Source: an uncultured Roseburia sp. (GTDB taxonomy: Bacteria; Bacillota; Clostridia; Lachnospirales; Lachnospiraceae). Taken from it: a stretch of 64,000 nt of DNA. Position 1 is the first letter of the stretch, and the number at the start of each line of letters is the position of its first letter. Below the pieces are notes generated by a model, which worked only from the letters and a program-made list of their open reading frames with translations, did not search any database and was not told the DNA's origin. This document shows, one piece after another, positions 1 through 10,005 of the stretch. The stretch is from NCBI GenBank assembly GCA_964573715.1, contig CAZNKR010000001.1, positions 30,599-94,598 of the forward strand, in the 5' to 3' direction. Position numbers and translations under genes: made by a program.

Positions 1-152
1 CCAACTGTAAATCCATCTGTTTCCTCAGTGGGACGATTTTCCATGGATTCTTTTATTTTAATTATTTTTTTTGAAATGATGTCATTACAATCAACAACCT
101 TTTTGTCTTTTTCATCACAATAAACTGATGAATATTTAAGTAAATTAGACAA
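1..152 (-). CDS. fliH: flagellar assembly protein FliH, N-terminal part (gene runs off the left edge)
   Basis: Frame is open to the window edge. A TTG start at 152 overlaps the fliG stop and translates MSNLLKYSSVYCDEKDKKVVDCNDIISKKIIKIKESMENRPTEETDGFTV. The call is mainly from position directly after fliG, because FliH N-termini are poorly conserved. Confidence 0.5.
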   Translation of the reverse strand, partial: MSNLLKYSSVYCDEKDKKVVDCNDIISKKIIKIKESMENRPTEETDGFTV

Positions 153-1173
153 TTATCTCGTCACCTCCGCCACGAGCGATTATAATTTCGCCAGTATCTT
201 CTAGCTTACGAATAATATTAACAATCTTTTGCTGAGCTTCTTCAACATCCTTCATACGTACAGGTCCCATGAAGTCCATATCTTCCTTAATCATGGCAGC
301 TAAACGCTTAGATAAGTTATTGAAAATAACGTTCTGAACTTCTTCTGTAGAACCTTTAAGAGCAATACCCAAATCGTTGTTATCAACTTCACGCAATACT
401 CTTTGAATTGTCTTATCATCAAGTGCAAGAATATCTTCAAATACAAACATTTTACGTCTGATTTCATCAGCAAGTTCTGGCTCTTCAATTTCAAGATTTT
501 CCATAATATGTTTTTCTGTTCCTCTATCAACAGAATTTAAAATATCTACAATCGCGTCTACACCACCAACAATAGTGTAATCCTGATTCACTAGTGATGA
601 AAGTTTTCTCTCTAATACTCTTTCTACTTCTTTGATTACATCTGGTGATGTTCTATCCATTTTCGCAATACGTTTTGCAACATCTGCCTGTTTTTCTAAT
701 GGTAAAGCTGATACTATAAGGGATGCCTGGGCTGATGGTAAATATGATAAAATCAGTGCAATAGTCTGTGGATGTTCATCTTGAATAAAGTTTAAAAGCT
801 GAGACGGATCTGTCTTTCTAATAAACTCAAAGGGTCTAACCTGAAGAGATGCTGTAAGTTTTGCAATAACACCTTGGGCTTTGTCCTGTCCAAGTGCTTT
901 TTCAAGAAGTTCTTTTGCATATCCAATACCACCTTCGGCAATATACTGTTGTGCTAAACAAACCTCGTAAAACTCATTCATTACTGATTCTTTTGTTTGT
1001 GGAGATACACTTCTAGTATTGGCTATTTCAAGTGTAAGCTGTTCAATTTCTTCTTCTTTTAAATGTTTAAATACCTTTGAAGATCTCTCAGGTCCTAGAG
1101 CAATCAATAATATTGCCGCTTTGGTTGTTCCCGAAATTTCCTCATTAGCCATTGCTCCTTTTGAATGTGCCAT
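145..1173 (-). CDS. fliG: flagellar motor switch protein FliG
   Basis: 342 aa with typical FliG N-terminus (KAAILLIALGPERSSKVFKHL), middle and C-terminal torque-helix regions. GGAGG lies 6 nt before the ATG, and the gene follows fliF. Confidence 0.95.
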   Translation of the reverse strand: MAHSKGAMANEEISGTTKAAILLIALGPERSSKVFKHLKEEEIEQLTLEIANTRSVSPQTKESVMNEFYEVCLAQQYIAEGGIGYAKELLEKALGQDKAQGVIAKLTASLQVRPFEFIRKTDPSQLLNFIQDEHPQTIALILSYLPSAQASLIVSALPLEKQADVAKRIAKMDRTSPDVIKEVERVLERKLSSLVNQDYTIVGGVDAIVDILNSVDRGTEKHIMENLEIEEPELADEIRRKMFVFEDILALDDKTIQRVLREVDNNDLGIALKGSTEEVQNVIFNNLSKRLAAMIKEDMDFMGPVRMKDVEEAQQKIVNIIRKLEDTGEIIIARGGGDEIIV

Positions 1174-1185
1174 AACAAACCTCCG

Positions 1186-2790
1186 TTAATCCCAATCGTC
1201 ATTTAACCAGTTTCTAAGTAGTAAAGCAACAGCTTCTGGATTTTCGTCCACAAACTTTTCAATTGCTTTTCTGGTTTCTGATTTTTCTTCTAAGTCTATA
1301 TCTTCTACTGGAATTTGCTTTTCCTTTGTAGCAGTAAGTAGTTCTTCTACTGAAAGTTCAGGTTCTACTTCATTTACTTCTACTGGACGTAAGCTTCTCC
1401 ATACTATAAATCCTAATAATCCTAAAATGAAAACTGCTAAAATAATAGGTAATACATTCGAAACAATATCTCCATTACCTACAGATCCCTCAAATAGAGG
1501 TACTTGATAATATAAAAATGAAATACTGTCTTCTGGAATACCTGTTGTATCTGAAATCATAGCAACAATTCCTTCTGGAACTTCAGCTGGAACTATTGCT
1601 GCATTAGCTTCTTTAAATTCTTCCCAAGTTGTATCATCAAGGACACCTTGCTCAGTTAATGCATCTTCATTATAAATAACATATTTATTAACAACTACAG
1701 AAATGGATGATGCATTTTTATCAAGCTTTCCAACCTCACCTGTTGTATGTGTAATTGTAGAGCTTACAGCATATTCATGCTTGTTAATTGTTAACGAGCT
1801 TGTACTACCTTCTTCTGTTCCAATATAATATGTAGTATCATCATCATTAGAGTCTGTTCCAGGTACACCACCTGATGAAGTACCACCCTCCGATTCGTAT
1901 ATGTAGTCATTATTCAATACATTATCATCATTGTAATAATGAGTGTCCACAATGTCTGTTTTTGAAAAATCTACGTTTAGATTTGGTGTAACTGTAATTG
2001 TGTTAAACATCTGTGTTGTTGCTAGTGCTTTAGAAACCTTGTTCACTGCTTCATCATAAAATCTATCATAAATACGATTTTGAATAGTTGTGCTAACTCC
2101 ACCTGATGCACTATCAGAAGTTTCCTTACCCTCAAAAAGAGTATTGCCTGTTGAATCAATAATAGTAATATTAGCCGTTGTAGTATTTCCTACTGCTGTT
2201 GCCAGATATTTGGCCATAGTTTCTGGTGCACCATCAGGAATAGCACTACTAAGAGTCAGCTTGATTGCAACCGAAGTTTCTTCCTCATCATCTAAAACAG
2301 AAAGCTTATTTGAAGGTACAGTCATTTGAACATATGCACTTTTAACATAATCAAAAGACTCCACAGTCTCCTTTATCTTGTCCTCTAAGTATTTTTGATA
2401 AAGTCTTTCTCTGTCCTCGGTAGTTGTTGAAAAGCCCATATTATTAATGTATGAATCCATAGTATAGCCTGTAGCTGTAAGTCCATCTTGGGCTATCAAA
2501 TAGGAAGCATTTACTAAATCATCATCACCTACCATTACTGTCAATCCATTATTTTGTGTTGTATATTGGATGTTATTTGTAGTTAGTACACCAGTGACAT
2601 TTGCTGCAGATGTTAAATCATCACATGCAATAAGTTCAACATATGTAGTTCTACTAAGAACAAAACCCAATATTGCAATTGCCAAAATAACAGTAGCGGT
2701 AATACTGATAATGAGAGCTTTTTGTTTTTTATTGTATTTATTCCAAAAATCGATGATTCTCTTTTGAACTTGTTTAACCCTTTCGTTCAT
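1186..2790 (-). CDS. fliF: flagellar M-ring protein FliF
   Basis: 534 aa. N-terminal TM segment (ALIISITATVILAIAILGFVL), a large periplasmic-type domain, a second TM near the C-terminus and a FliG-binding tail (AVALLLRNWL). Sits between fliE and fliG. Confidence 0.93.
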   Translation of the reverse strand: MNERVKQVQKRIIDFWNKYNKKQKALIISITATVILAIAILGFVLSRTTYVELIACDDLTSAANVTGVLTTNNIQYTTQNNGLTVMVGDDDLVNASYLIAQDGLTATGYTMDSYINNMGFSTTTEDRERLYQKYLEDKIKETVESFDYVKSAYVQMTVPSNKLSVLDDEEETSVAIKLTLSSAIPDGAPETMAKYLATAVGNTTTANITIIDSTGNTLFEGKETSDSASGGVSTTIQNRIYDRFYDEAVNKVSKALATTQMFNTITVTPNLNVDFSKTDIVDTHYYNDDNVLNNDYIYESEGGTSSGGVPGTDSNDDDTTYYIGTEEGSTSSLTINKHEYAVSSTITHTTGEVGKLDKNASSISVVVNKYVIYNEDALTEQGVLDDTTWEEFKEANAAIVPAEVPEGIVAMISDTTGIPEDSISFLYYQVPLFEGSVGNGDIVSNVLPIILAVFILGLLGFIVWRSLRPVEVNEVEPELSVEELLTATKEKQIPVEDIDLEEKSETRKAIEKFVDENPEAVALLLRNWLNDDWD

Positions 2791-2802
2791 TCCAAATTAC
2801 CT

Positions 2803-3141
2803 CTAGATTTGTATATTCATTATTTCTTGATATGCACTCATTAGTGCATTTTTAACTGCAACTGTATACTGTAAAGATAAATACGCTTTCTGCTGTGCAA
2901 CAGTAACCTCATGAGTACTGTCTGCATTTCCTAGGGAAAAATCAATTTCCGCCTGTTCTGCCTGGGCTGCTAATGAATCTGTCTCATTAACCATATCCAT
3001 TGCAGAGGAAAGGATGTTTGAAAACGAATCTGTATAGCCACTACTTTGTGATGCTGACTGGGTTTGTGAGTTACTTACCTGTCCAATAGCATTTTTGTAA
3101 AACTCAAGTGCCGTTTGTGATAAACCAGTAATATCGGCCAT
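2803..3141 (-). CDS. fliE: flagellar hook-basal body complex protein FliE
   Basis: 112 aa. The C-terminal motif (HEVTVAQQKAYLSLQYTVAVKNALMSAYQEIMNIQI) is typical of FliE, and the position flgC-fliE-fliF fits. Confidence 0.9.
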   Translation of the reverse strand: MADITGLSQTALEFYKNAIGQVSNSQTQSASQSSGYTDSFSNILSSAMDMVNETDSLAAQAEQAEIDFSLGNADSTHEVTVAQQKAYLSLQYTVAVKNALMSAYQEIMNIQI

Positions 3142-3181
3142 TTTTTCCTCCTAATATACCAAAATTCAAATGGTATTTTTA

Positions 3182-3622
3182 TTAGTTTTTGCCTATTTCA
3201 AGTCCCTTTGATGCCATAGCCTTAGATGCATTAAACGCTGTTACATTTGCTTCATATGATCTAGAAGCATCAATAAGGTTTGTCATCTCAGTTACAACAT
3301 TAACATTGGGATATGTAACATATCCATCATCATCCGCATCTGGGTGAGAAGGATCGTATACTTTGCTCATAGGTGTCTCTGTGTCTTCAACAATTCTTGT
3401 TACCTTTACACCACTGCCAACCGAACCTGCTGTAGACATAAGCACCTCTTGAAAACTTGGTGATGACTTTTGGGCAAATACAACTGTTTTTCTTCTATAT
3501 GCTTCTCCATCAGAGCTACTAGTAGAATTAACATTTGCAATATTTTGAGAAATAATATCTGAACGTAACTGCTGTGCCGTCATACCTGAAGCACTAATGT
3601 CAAATGAAGTAAATAATCCCAT
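3182..3622 (-). CDS. flgC: flagellar basal-body rod protein FlgC
   Basis: 146 aa. N-terminus FDISASGMTAQQLRSDIISQNIANVNST and C-terminus LIDASRSYEANVTAF are rod-protein signatures. Confidence 0.95.
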   Translation of the reverse strand: MGLFTSFDISASGMTAQQLRSDIISQNIANVNSTSSSDGEAYRRKTVVFAQKSSPSFQEVLMSTAGSVGSGVKVTRIVEDTETPMSKVYDPSHPDADDDGYVTYPNVNVVTEMTNLIDASRSYEANVTAFNASKAMASKGLEIGKN

Positions 3623-3634
3623 GTGTTAATCCTC

Positions 3635-4030
3635 CTATGATTTCTGCATTGCTGTTCTAAGCATGTTGAACTCGTAATTAATGCTATCTAATAAAGCATT
3701 GTACTTTATCTGGTTAGACGCTAGTTCAACATTTTCTGTATTTATATCTACATTGTTACCATCTAATCTGGTAGACAATTCAGAATACTCTGTATATACT
3801 GTGGCATTGAGATTTGATAAATCTACATCATCTACCTTTTTACGTAAAGAGGATGTGGAGCCTCCCGCAAGCTCTTCAAGCAAATAGTTTTCAAAGGATA
3901 CATCTTTTCTTTTATAGTTAGGTGTATCATTGTTAGCAATATTGTTTGACAAAATTTCATTTCTTGTCCATGAAGCATCTGCTGCCTTACTCAATACATT
4001 TATGTAATTGTAAGCATTTGAACTAATCAT
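3635..4030 (-). CDS. flgB: flagellar basal-body rod protein FlgB
   Basis: 131 aa with the rod motif NEILSNNIANNDTPNYKRKDV. It is the first gene of the flagellar block, and a GGAG RBS precedes the ATG. Confidence 0.92.
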   Translation of the reverse strand: MISSNAYNYINVLSKAADASWTRNEILSNNIANNDTPNYKRKDVSFENYLLEELAGGSTSSLRKKVDDVDLSNLNATVYTEYSELSTRLDGNNVDINTENVELASNQIKYNALLDSINYEFNMLRTAMQKS

Positions 4031-4077
4031 AAGTTCTCCTTTCTTTCCACACGAACTTCTAATTACACTTAATAAAT

Positions 4078-4106
4078 ATTATAAAGTCTAGAATACAAAA
4101 TATCAA
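4078..4106 (-). promoter_or_regulatory. sigma-A-type promoter candidate for the flgB operon
   Basis: Minus strand reads TTGATA - 17 nt - TATAAT, ending about 45 nt upstream of the flgB ATG. Confidence 0.5.
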
Positions 4107-4160
4107 GCATATTTTGTGGTAATTTGGAAGTTATGTCACGATATGTTGTGTTTATGGGCT

Positions 4161-4211
4161 AAAAATAAAAAAACCATTCCCTTGTACGCTTCCATACGTA
4201 AGGAATGGTTT
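4161..4211 (-). terminator. rho-independent terminator after codY
   Basis: Stem AAACCATTCC(C)TT / AAGGAATGGTTT, followed on the minus strand by TTTTTTTATTTTT, about 40 nt after the codY stop. Confidence 0.7.
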
Positions 4212-4250
4212 AAATCCATTTAACCACTTTTATATTATATATATCGACAC

Positions 4251-5018
4251 TTATTCAGTTTTCTTTAGTTCTTCAAATACAACATCGTTAATTACTCTAA
4301 TATATGTACCTTTCATACCAGAAGATCTAGAAACTATAACTCCTGCACTTTCAAACTTTCTCAGTGCATTTACAATCACTGACCTAGTAATTCCAACTCG
4401 GTCTGCAATCTTACTAGCAATCAAGATTCCTTCATTGCCATCTAACTCATCAAAAATATGTCTTATGGCTTCTAGTTCTGAAAAAGACAAAGTATTTATA
4501 GCAGATTTAACAATTTGTTGTTTTCTTTCTTCTTCTGCACTTTCTTCATTTACTGAACGTAACATTTCAAGACCAACAACTGTAGTTCCATACTCACTAA
4601 GTATAATATCATCAATCTCATACTGCATATCCTGCTTATATATGAATAACGTACCTAGTCTTTCTCCCGCTACATTTATAGGAGCAATAATAGCTTGGAA
4701 TTTTTTAGATTCCTCTTCATCAAATCCCAATGTTGCCAGATTAACATTTTCCTTTGTAGACAAAACACTAAGCAGTCTTTCATTTAGCAGTTTATCAACA
4801 AATCCACCAACATTGTTCTTAAGCAAATCACTAATAACATCTACTCCACCAAAATATCCCACGCCAAGAACTTTACCTTTCTTGCTGATAACCAAAATAT
4901 TTGACTCAATAATTTCGGATAAGACATCACAAATATCATTAAAAACTACCTTCTGTGAACTGTTATTGTGTAATAATTTGTTTATTTTTCTAGTTTTATC
5001 AAGTAACTGAACGCTCAT
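4251..5018 (-). CDS. codY: GTP/BCAA-sensing pleiotropic repressor CodY
   Basis: 255 aa with N-terminal GAF-like region and C-terminal wHTH (ASKIADRVGITRSVIVNALRKFESAGVI). Position is the classic topA...codY-flgB. Confidence 0.95.
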   Translation of the reverse strand: MSVQLLDKTRKINKLLHNNSSQKVVFNDICDVLSEIIESNILVISKKGKVLGVGYFGGVDVISDLLKNNVGGFVDKLLNERLLSVLSTKENVNLATLGFDEEESKKFQAIIAPINVAGERLGTLFIYKQDMQYEIDDIILSEYGTTVVGLEMLRSVNEESAEEERKQQIVKSAINTLSFSELEAIRHIFDELDGNEGILIASKIADRVGITRSVIVNALRKFESAGVIVSRSSGMKGTYIRVINDVVFEELKKTE

Positions 5019-5077
5019 AATATCCTCCTAAACATTATCAAATGTTCAAATCTTTTTCCACACCACATATGTGTAGA

Positions 5078-5106
5078 ATTATAGCACATTTAATAATTTT
5101 TAACAA
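5078..5106 (-). promoter_or_regulatory. promoter candidate for codY (extended -10)
   Basis: Minus strand reads TTGTTA - 17 nt - TATAAT, with TG one base upstream of the -10 (TGCTATAAT). A 10-bp palindrome CACATATGTG lies just downstream at 5064..5073. Confidence 0.45.
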
Positions 5107-5180
5107 GATACGTTGCAAAATTCCAAAAATTATATACAATTTTCAGACTTGTGCAACATTTATAAGCATTTACTGAAAAA

Positions 5181-7259
5181 TTAATTTTCTTTATTTTCTT
5201 TATTCTCGATATATCCACATTGATCATTTGCGCATGCAAGCTTATTGCCTTTTTCCACCATATATCCCCCACAATCAGGGCATTTCTTCTCTATTGGTTT
5301 TTGCCAAGACATAAAATCACATTCTGGATTAGAGATACAGCCATAATATCTACGACCTTTTTTAGTCATTCTTATGACGATATCTTCTCCACATTTTGGA
5401 CACTTAACACCTATTTTTTCAAAATATGGTTTTGTGTTTCTACAATCAGGGAATCCAGGACAAGCTAAAAACTTGCCATGAGGTCCATACTTTATAACCA
5501 TATTTTTTCCGCAAACGTCACAAATAACATCTGTTTCTTCATCTTTAATTTCTATTTTTTCAAGGGCCTTTTCTGCATTTTTAATTGCTTCATCTAGATC
5601 TGGATAAAAATTTCTAATAACTGTTTTCCATGCCACATTGCCTTCTTCAACCATATCCAATAAAGATTCCAAATTAGCAGTAAAGCTTGTATCAACAATG
5701 GCTGGAAATGCTGTTTTCATAACCCTATTAACTGCTTCACCAAGTTCTGTTACATATAAATTTTTATTTTCCTTTGCAACATATCTTCTAGAAATAATAG
5801 TTGTAATAGTAGGTGCGTAAGTACTAGGTCTTCCAATTCCTTGTTCTTCAAGCGCCTTTACCAATGCTGCTTCAGTAAAGTGTGCAGGTGGTTGCGTAAA
5901 ATGCTGCTTATTATCAAATCCCGAGCATTCAAGCTTACTTTCCTTTGTAATCTTTCCTAACATAACATTTGATTCAGGCTTTTCTTCATCTGAATCAGTA
6001 TACACAGACATAAATCCATCAAAAGAAATCTTTGATGTTGCAACTGTAAAAATATATCCTGCACTTTCTATTTTAATAGAAGTTGTATCATACACAGCAC
6101 TGTCCATACGGCTTGCTGTGAATCTTTTCCATATAAGCTGATAAAGTCTAAATAAATCCCTTGAAAGTTCGTCCTTTACTGTTGCTGGAGATAATTCAAT
6201 ATTTGTTGGTCTTATTGCTTCATGAGCATCTTGTATTTTTTTGCTGTTTTTCTTAGCATACTCATGGTTTCCTACATACTGGCTACCATAATTTTTTTCT
6301 ATATATTCTCTTGCAGTAGCATCAGCTTCCTCAGAAATACGAGTTGAATCTGTACGCAAATAAGTAATTAAACCAATTGTGCCATGACCTTTAATATCTA
6401 CACCTTCGTATAACTGTTGCGCTAATCTCATGGTTTTCTGAGTTGAGAAATTCAAAGCCTTTGAAGCTTCCTGTTGTAATGTACTAGTTGTAAATGGTAT
6501 AGGAGCCTTTTTAACTCTTTCGCCATTCTTAATGTCAATAACTTTAAATTTATCTTTTTTTACTGCCGACATTATCTTTTGTGTTTCTTCTTCACTAGAT
6601 ATTGTCATTTTGCCATTTTTGTCACCATGAAATTTTGCAACAAGTGGTTTCTTTTCTCCCTCAACTAAAAAAGTAGCTTCAAGAGACCAGTATTCTTCTG
6701 GAATAAAGGCATCTATTTCTTCTTCTCGGTCGCAAATCATACGTAAAGATACAGACTGAACACGTCCAGCACTTAAGCCCCTTTTGATTTTATCCCATAA
6801 AAGCGGGCTAATTCCATAGCCTACCATTCTATCTAATATACGTCTTGCCTGTTGAGCATCAACTAAGTCCATATCTATTTCTCTTGGATTCTTTAATGAT
6901 TCCTTTATAGCATTTTTTGTAATCTCATTAAAGGTAATTCTTTTCATCTGGTTATCTTCAAGCTTAAGAGCCTTTGACAAATGCCATGAAATAGCTTCAC
7001 CTTCACGATCGGGATCAGTTGCAAGATAAACTATATCAGCTTTTTTTACTTGCTTTCTAAGTTCAGCTAATTTATCTCCTTTTCCTCGAATAGTAATATA
7101 CTTTGGCTCATAGTCATTTTCAACATCTACACCTAATGTACTCTTAGGTAAATCTCTCACATGACCATTTGAAGCAGCTACCTCATAATTATTTCCTAGA
7201 AACTTTTTAATTGTTTTAACTTTTGCAGGTGATTCCACTATCACAAAATATTTGGCCAT
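5181..7259 (-). CDS. topA: DNA topoisomerase I
   Basis: 692 aa. Toprim N-terminus (KYFVIVESPAKVKTIKKFLG), active-site region GLITYLRTDS, and C-terminal repeated Cys4 zinc ribbons. Confidence 0.97.
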   Translation of the reverse strand: MAKYFVIVESPAKVKTIKKFLGNNYEVAASNGHVRDLPKSTLGVDVENDYEPKYITIRGKGDKLAELRKQVKKADIVYLATDPDREGEAISWHLSKALKLEDNQMKRITFNEITKNAIKESLKNPREIDMDLVDAQQARRILDRMVGYGISPLLWDKIKRGLSAGRVQSVSLRMICDREEEIDAFIPEEYWSLEATFLVEGEKKPLVAKFHGDKNGKMTISSEEETQKIMSAVKKDKFKVIDIKNGERVKKAPIPFTTSTLQQEASKALNFSTQKTMRLAQQLYEGVDIKGHGTIGLITYLRTDSTRISEEADATAREYIEKNYGSQYVGNHEYAKKNSKKIQDAHEAIRPTNIELSPATVKDELSRDLFRLYQLIWKRFTASRMDSAVYDTTSIKIESAGYIFTVATSKISFDGFMSVYTDSDEEKPESNVMLGKITKESKLECSGFDNKQHFTQPPAHFTEAALVKALEEQGIGRPSTYAPTITTIISRRYVAKENKNLYVTELGEAVNRVMKTAFPAIVDTSFTANLESLLDMVEEGNVAWKTVIRNFYPDLDEAIKNAEKALEKIEIKDEETDVICDVCGKNMVIKYGPHGKFLACPGFPDCRNTKPYFEKIGVKCPKCGEDIVIRMTKKGRRYYGCISNPECDFMSWQKPIEKKCPDCGGYMVEKGNKLACANDQCGYIENKENKEN

Positions 7260-7302
7260 ATTCTCACATCTCTTTCTTTGCTGTTACAACTTCTTATTTA
7301 TG

Positions 7303-8394
7303 TCAGCTATCTAATATCGTACATTTAACATACTGACCTTTTGAAGTCTCCTCTACTAGTCCTTTGAACTGTAGTATCGTTAATTTTTCATAAACTTCTT
7401 CTATTCCCATCTTAGATTTATACACAATTTCTTCTATAGAAGATGGCGATAAATCGAGACAACTATACATCACTTCAAATTCTTTTTCAAGACCAATATT
7501 ATTTTTTTTATTTTCAATCTGCTCATAAACACCTAATTCGTTGGCTACCTGTTTTGCTTCTATAAGAGGAATTGCTCCTTCAAGAATAAGTCGATTACAG
7601 CCAACGCTTAAGGGATCAGAAATTCTTCCTGGCAATGCATATACAGTTTTTCCCTGAGTTAAAGCATGATCAATTGTAATAAAGGAACCACTTTTTTGTT
7701 TTGCCTCCACCATAATCACTCCATCAGATAGACCGGAAATTATTCTGTTTCTAAGAGGAAATCTATATGCAAGAGGCTCAGATTTAGGAGCATACTCTGA
7801 TAGTATCCCTCCATTATCTATAATGTGCTTAAATAATTCTATATTTTCTTTTGGATAACAAATATCCACACCGCACCCACACACAGCATAGGTTTTTCCT
7901 CCACCCGTAATACAGCCCCTATGTGAAGCAGCATCTATTCCCCTTGCAAGACCACTGATTATATTAATACCATATGCCGCTAGCTCACCTGCAAGCTTTG
8001 GTGCAACTATTTTTCCATATTCACTATAATTTCTTGCCCCAACCATACCAATAGCAGGAATTTCATCACTTGGCAATTCCCCTCTGTAATATAAAACATA
8101 AGGATGATCTGGTATGTTTATTAATCTTTTAGGAAAATCCTTTGCACCATAATGTGTAAATTTAATATTATATTTCCCCATATAGCTTAAAGCTTCCTTA
8201 AAGTTAAATTCTTTTTTGGCTATTACTATCTTTTCTATATCTAAATTTTTTAATACATTGGTGGCTTTTAATAGCTTTGGGCTTGCTTCATAAATATCCT
8301 TTGCTGTTTCAAAAAAACCAAATAGCTTATTCATTTTTCCATGCCACATATCTTCAATATGACTTAACCATATATAATATTCGTATTCTGTCAT
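7303..8394 (-). CDS. dprA: DNA processing protein DprA
   Basis: 363 aa with the Rossmann-like DprA core (GMVGARNYSEYGKIVAPKLAGELAAYGINIISGLARGIDAASH), directly upstream of topA as in many Firmicutes. Confidence 0.93.
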   Translation of the reverse strand: MTEYEYYIWLSHIEDMWHGKMNKLFGFFETAKDIYEASPKLLKATNVLKNLDIEKIVIAKKEFNFKEALSYMGKYNIKFTHYGAKDFPKRLINIPDHPYVLYYRGELPSDEIPAIGMVGARNYSEYGKIVAPKLAGELAAYGINIISGLARGIDAASHRGCITGGGKTYAVCGCGVDICYPKENIELFKHIIDNGGILSEYAPKSEPLAYRFPLRNRIISGLSDGVIMVEAKQKSGSFITIDHALTQGKTVYALPGRISDPLSVGCNRLILEGAIPLIEAKQVANELGVYEQIENKKNNIGLEKEFEVMYSCLDLSPSSIEEIVYKSKMGIEEVYEKLTILQFKGLVEETSKGQYVKCTILDS

Positions 8395-8404
8395 TTTTCC
8401 TCCA

Positions 8405-9919
8405 TTACCTAAAAAGCCTATATCCTAATGCTTCTGTAATATGTTTAGAATTTATTTTTTCCTCTTGTTCAATATCTGCAATTGTCCTGGCAACTTTAAT
8501 TATTTTATAATAGGCTCTTGCACTAAGTTTAAATTTTTTATATGCCATATCTAACATGTCTTTTGCTTTTTTATCCATGGGACAATATTTTGACACTTCG
8601 TTAGAATTCATATCAGAATTATATGCATCATTTCTTCCAAATCTGCTTATCTGCATTTTTCTTCCAGTATTAACCATTTCCTCCATTGTTTTTGAATCCA
8701 TATCGCTTCTTTTTTCATCAGTTAATTCTTCAAGCTTTATCAAGGGAGTATTTACACAAATATCAATTCTATCTAAAATAGGCCCACTTATTCTTCCTAA
8801 ATAATTATCAACTTGCTTTTGTGAGCAATTACATCTACTCCTGTCGGGATAGTAACCACATTTACATGGATTGGTTGCTCCAACAAGCATTACAGATGCT
8901 GGAAACTCATATATACCACTTGCCCTGCTTATGGTTATTTTCCCACTTTCAAGGGGTTGTCTTAAAACATCAATAGTATCTTTCTTAAACTCTGCAAGCT
9001 CATCTAAAAACAGTACACCTCTATGAGCAAGAGTCATCTCTCCAGGCTTTGGTATACTTCCCCCACCTACAAGGGCAATTTGTGTAATAGTATGATGTGG
9101 ACAACGAAAAGGCCTTTTATTCAAAAAAGGTGTACCCTCTAGTTTTCCTGCAACAGAGTAAATTCTTGTAATTTCCAAACATTCTGAAATATCAGGTTTT
9201 GGCAAAATAGATGGAATTCTTGATGCAATCATTGATTTTCCTGCACCAGGTGGACCAATAAGTAACAAATGATGCATTCCACACGCCGCAATAACAGCTG
9301 CTCTCTTTGTAGTTTCTTGCCCTCTAACGTCTGCAAAATCTAAAGCATATTCATTTTTGCTTTTTTCAAATTCTTCCGTAATATCATATTTATATGGAGA
9401 AATGTTAAATCCATTGTTTATAAGTTCAATAGCTTCCTTTATATTATTCACACCATATACTGCTATTTCTTTTGCTATTCCACCTTCTTTCTCATTTTCT
9501 TTTGGCAGAATGACCTTTGTAAATCCATGCTCTTTTGCATCTAAAACCACAGATAATATTCCATTGATTTTATTGACAGAACCGTCAAGACTTAATTCAC
9601 CAATAATAAGGGTGTCTGATAGTTTGTCTCCATACACTATCCCTAGTGATTTAAGAATACCTATTGCTATAGGAAGATCAAAATAATTTCCAGTCTTTCT
9701 TAAATTAGCTGGAGATAAATTTACAGTAATTCTTTTTGGTGGCAATAATACACCTGTATTTTTAATCGCCGTCCTTACTCTTTCTTTTGATTCTTTTACC
9801 TCTGAATTTAATAATCCAACCATATCAAAAACAGGCAGTCCATCACTAATGTCTACCTCTACATTTATTTTTTGCATTCTAACGCCATATATTGACGCAC
9901 TATAAATTTTACTAAACAC
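8405..9919 (-). CDS. comM: YifB/ComM family Mg-chelatase-like AAA ATPase
   Basis: 504 aa. Lon-like N-terminal domain, Walker A (GPPGAGKS), Walker B (GVLFLDEL), and a C-terminal Mg-chelatase subunit ChlI-like tail. A GTG start gives the typical N-terminus. Confidence 0.9.
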   Translation of the reverse strand: MFSKIYSASIYGVRMQKINVEVDISDGLPVFDMVGLLNSEVKESKERVRTAIKNTGVLLPPKRITVNLSPANLRKTGNYFDLPIAIGILKSLGIVYGDKLSDTLIIGELSLDGSVNKINGILSVVLDAKEHGFTKVILPKENEKEGGIAKEIAVYGVNNIKEAIELINNGFNISPYKYDITEEFEKSKNEYALDFADVRGQETTKRAAVIAACGMHHLLLIGPPGAGKSMIASRIPSILPKPDISECLEITRIYSVAGKLEGTPFLNKRPFRCPHHTITQIALVGGGSIPKPGEMTLAHRGVLFLDELAEFKKDTIDVLRQPLESGKITISRASGIYEFPASVMLVGATNPCKCGYYPDRSRCNCSQKQVDNYLGRISGPILDRIDICVNTPLIKLEELTDEKRSDMDSKTMEEMVNTGRKMQISRFGRNDAYNSDMNSNEVSKYCPMDKKAKDMLDMAYKKFKLSARAYYKIIKVARTIADIEQEEKINSKHITEALGYRLFR

Positions 9920-10005
9920 TATAATATTTGGGAAAATACTTTAGATAAAGATATGTAAGGCTGAATAATCAGCCTTACTAAAGATGAATTCATATTATCA
10001 AAAAA

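Noticed and set aside
4435-5010. Long antisense ORFs opposite codY (191 aa), ruvX (17101..17499), parC, parE, ppk, folP and others in the track
   Set aside because: These are typical shadow ORFs in AT-rich genomes opposite well-supported genes. Their translations are low-complexity and Ser/Leu/Phe/Ile-rich, with no RBS and no recognisable motifs.
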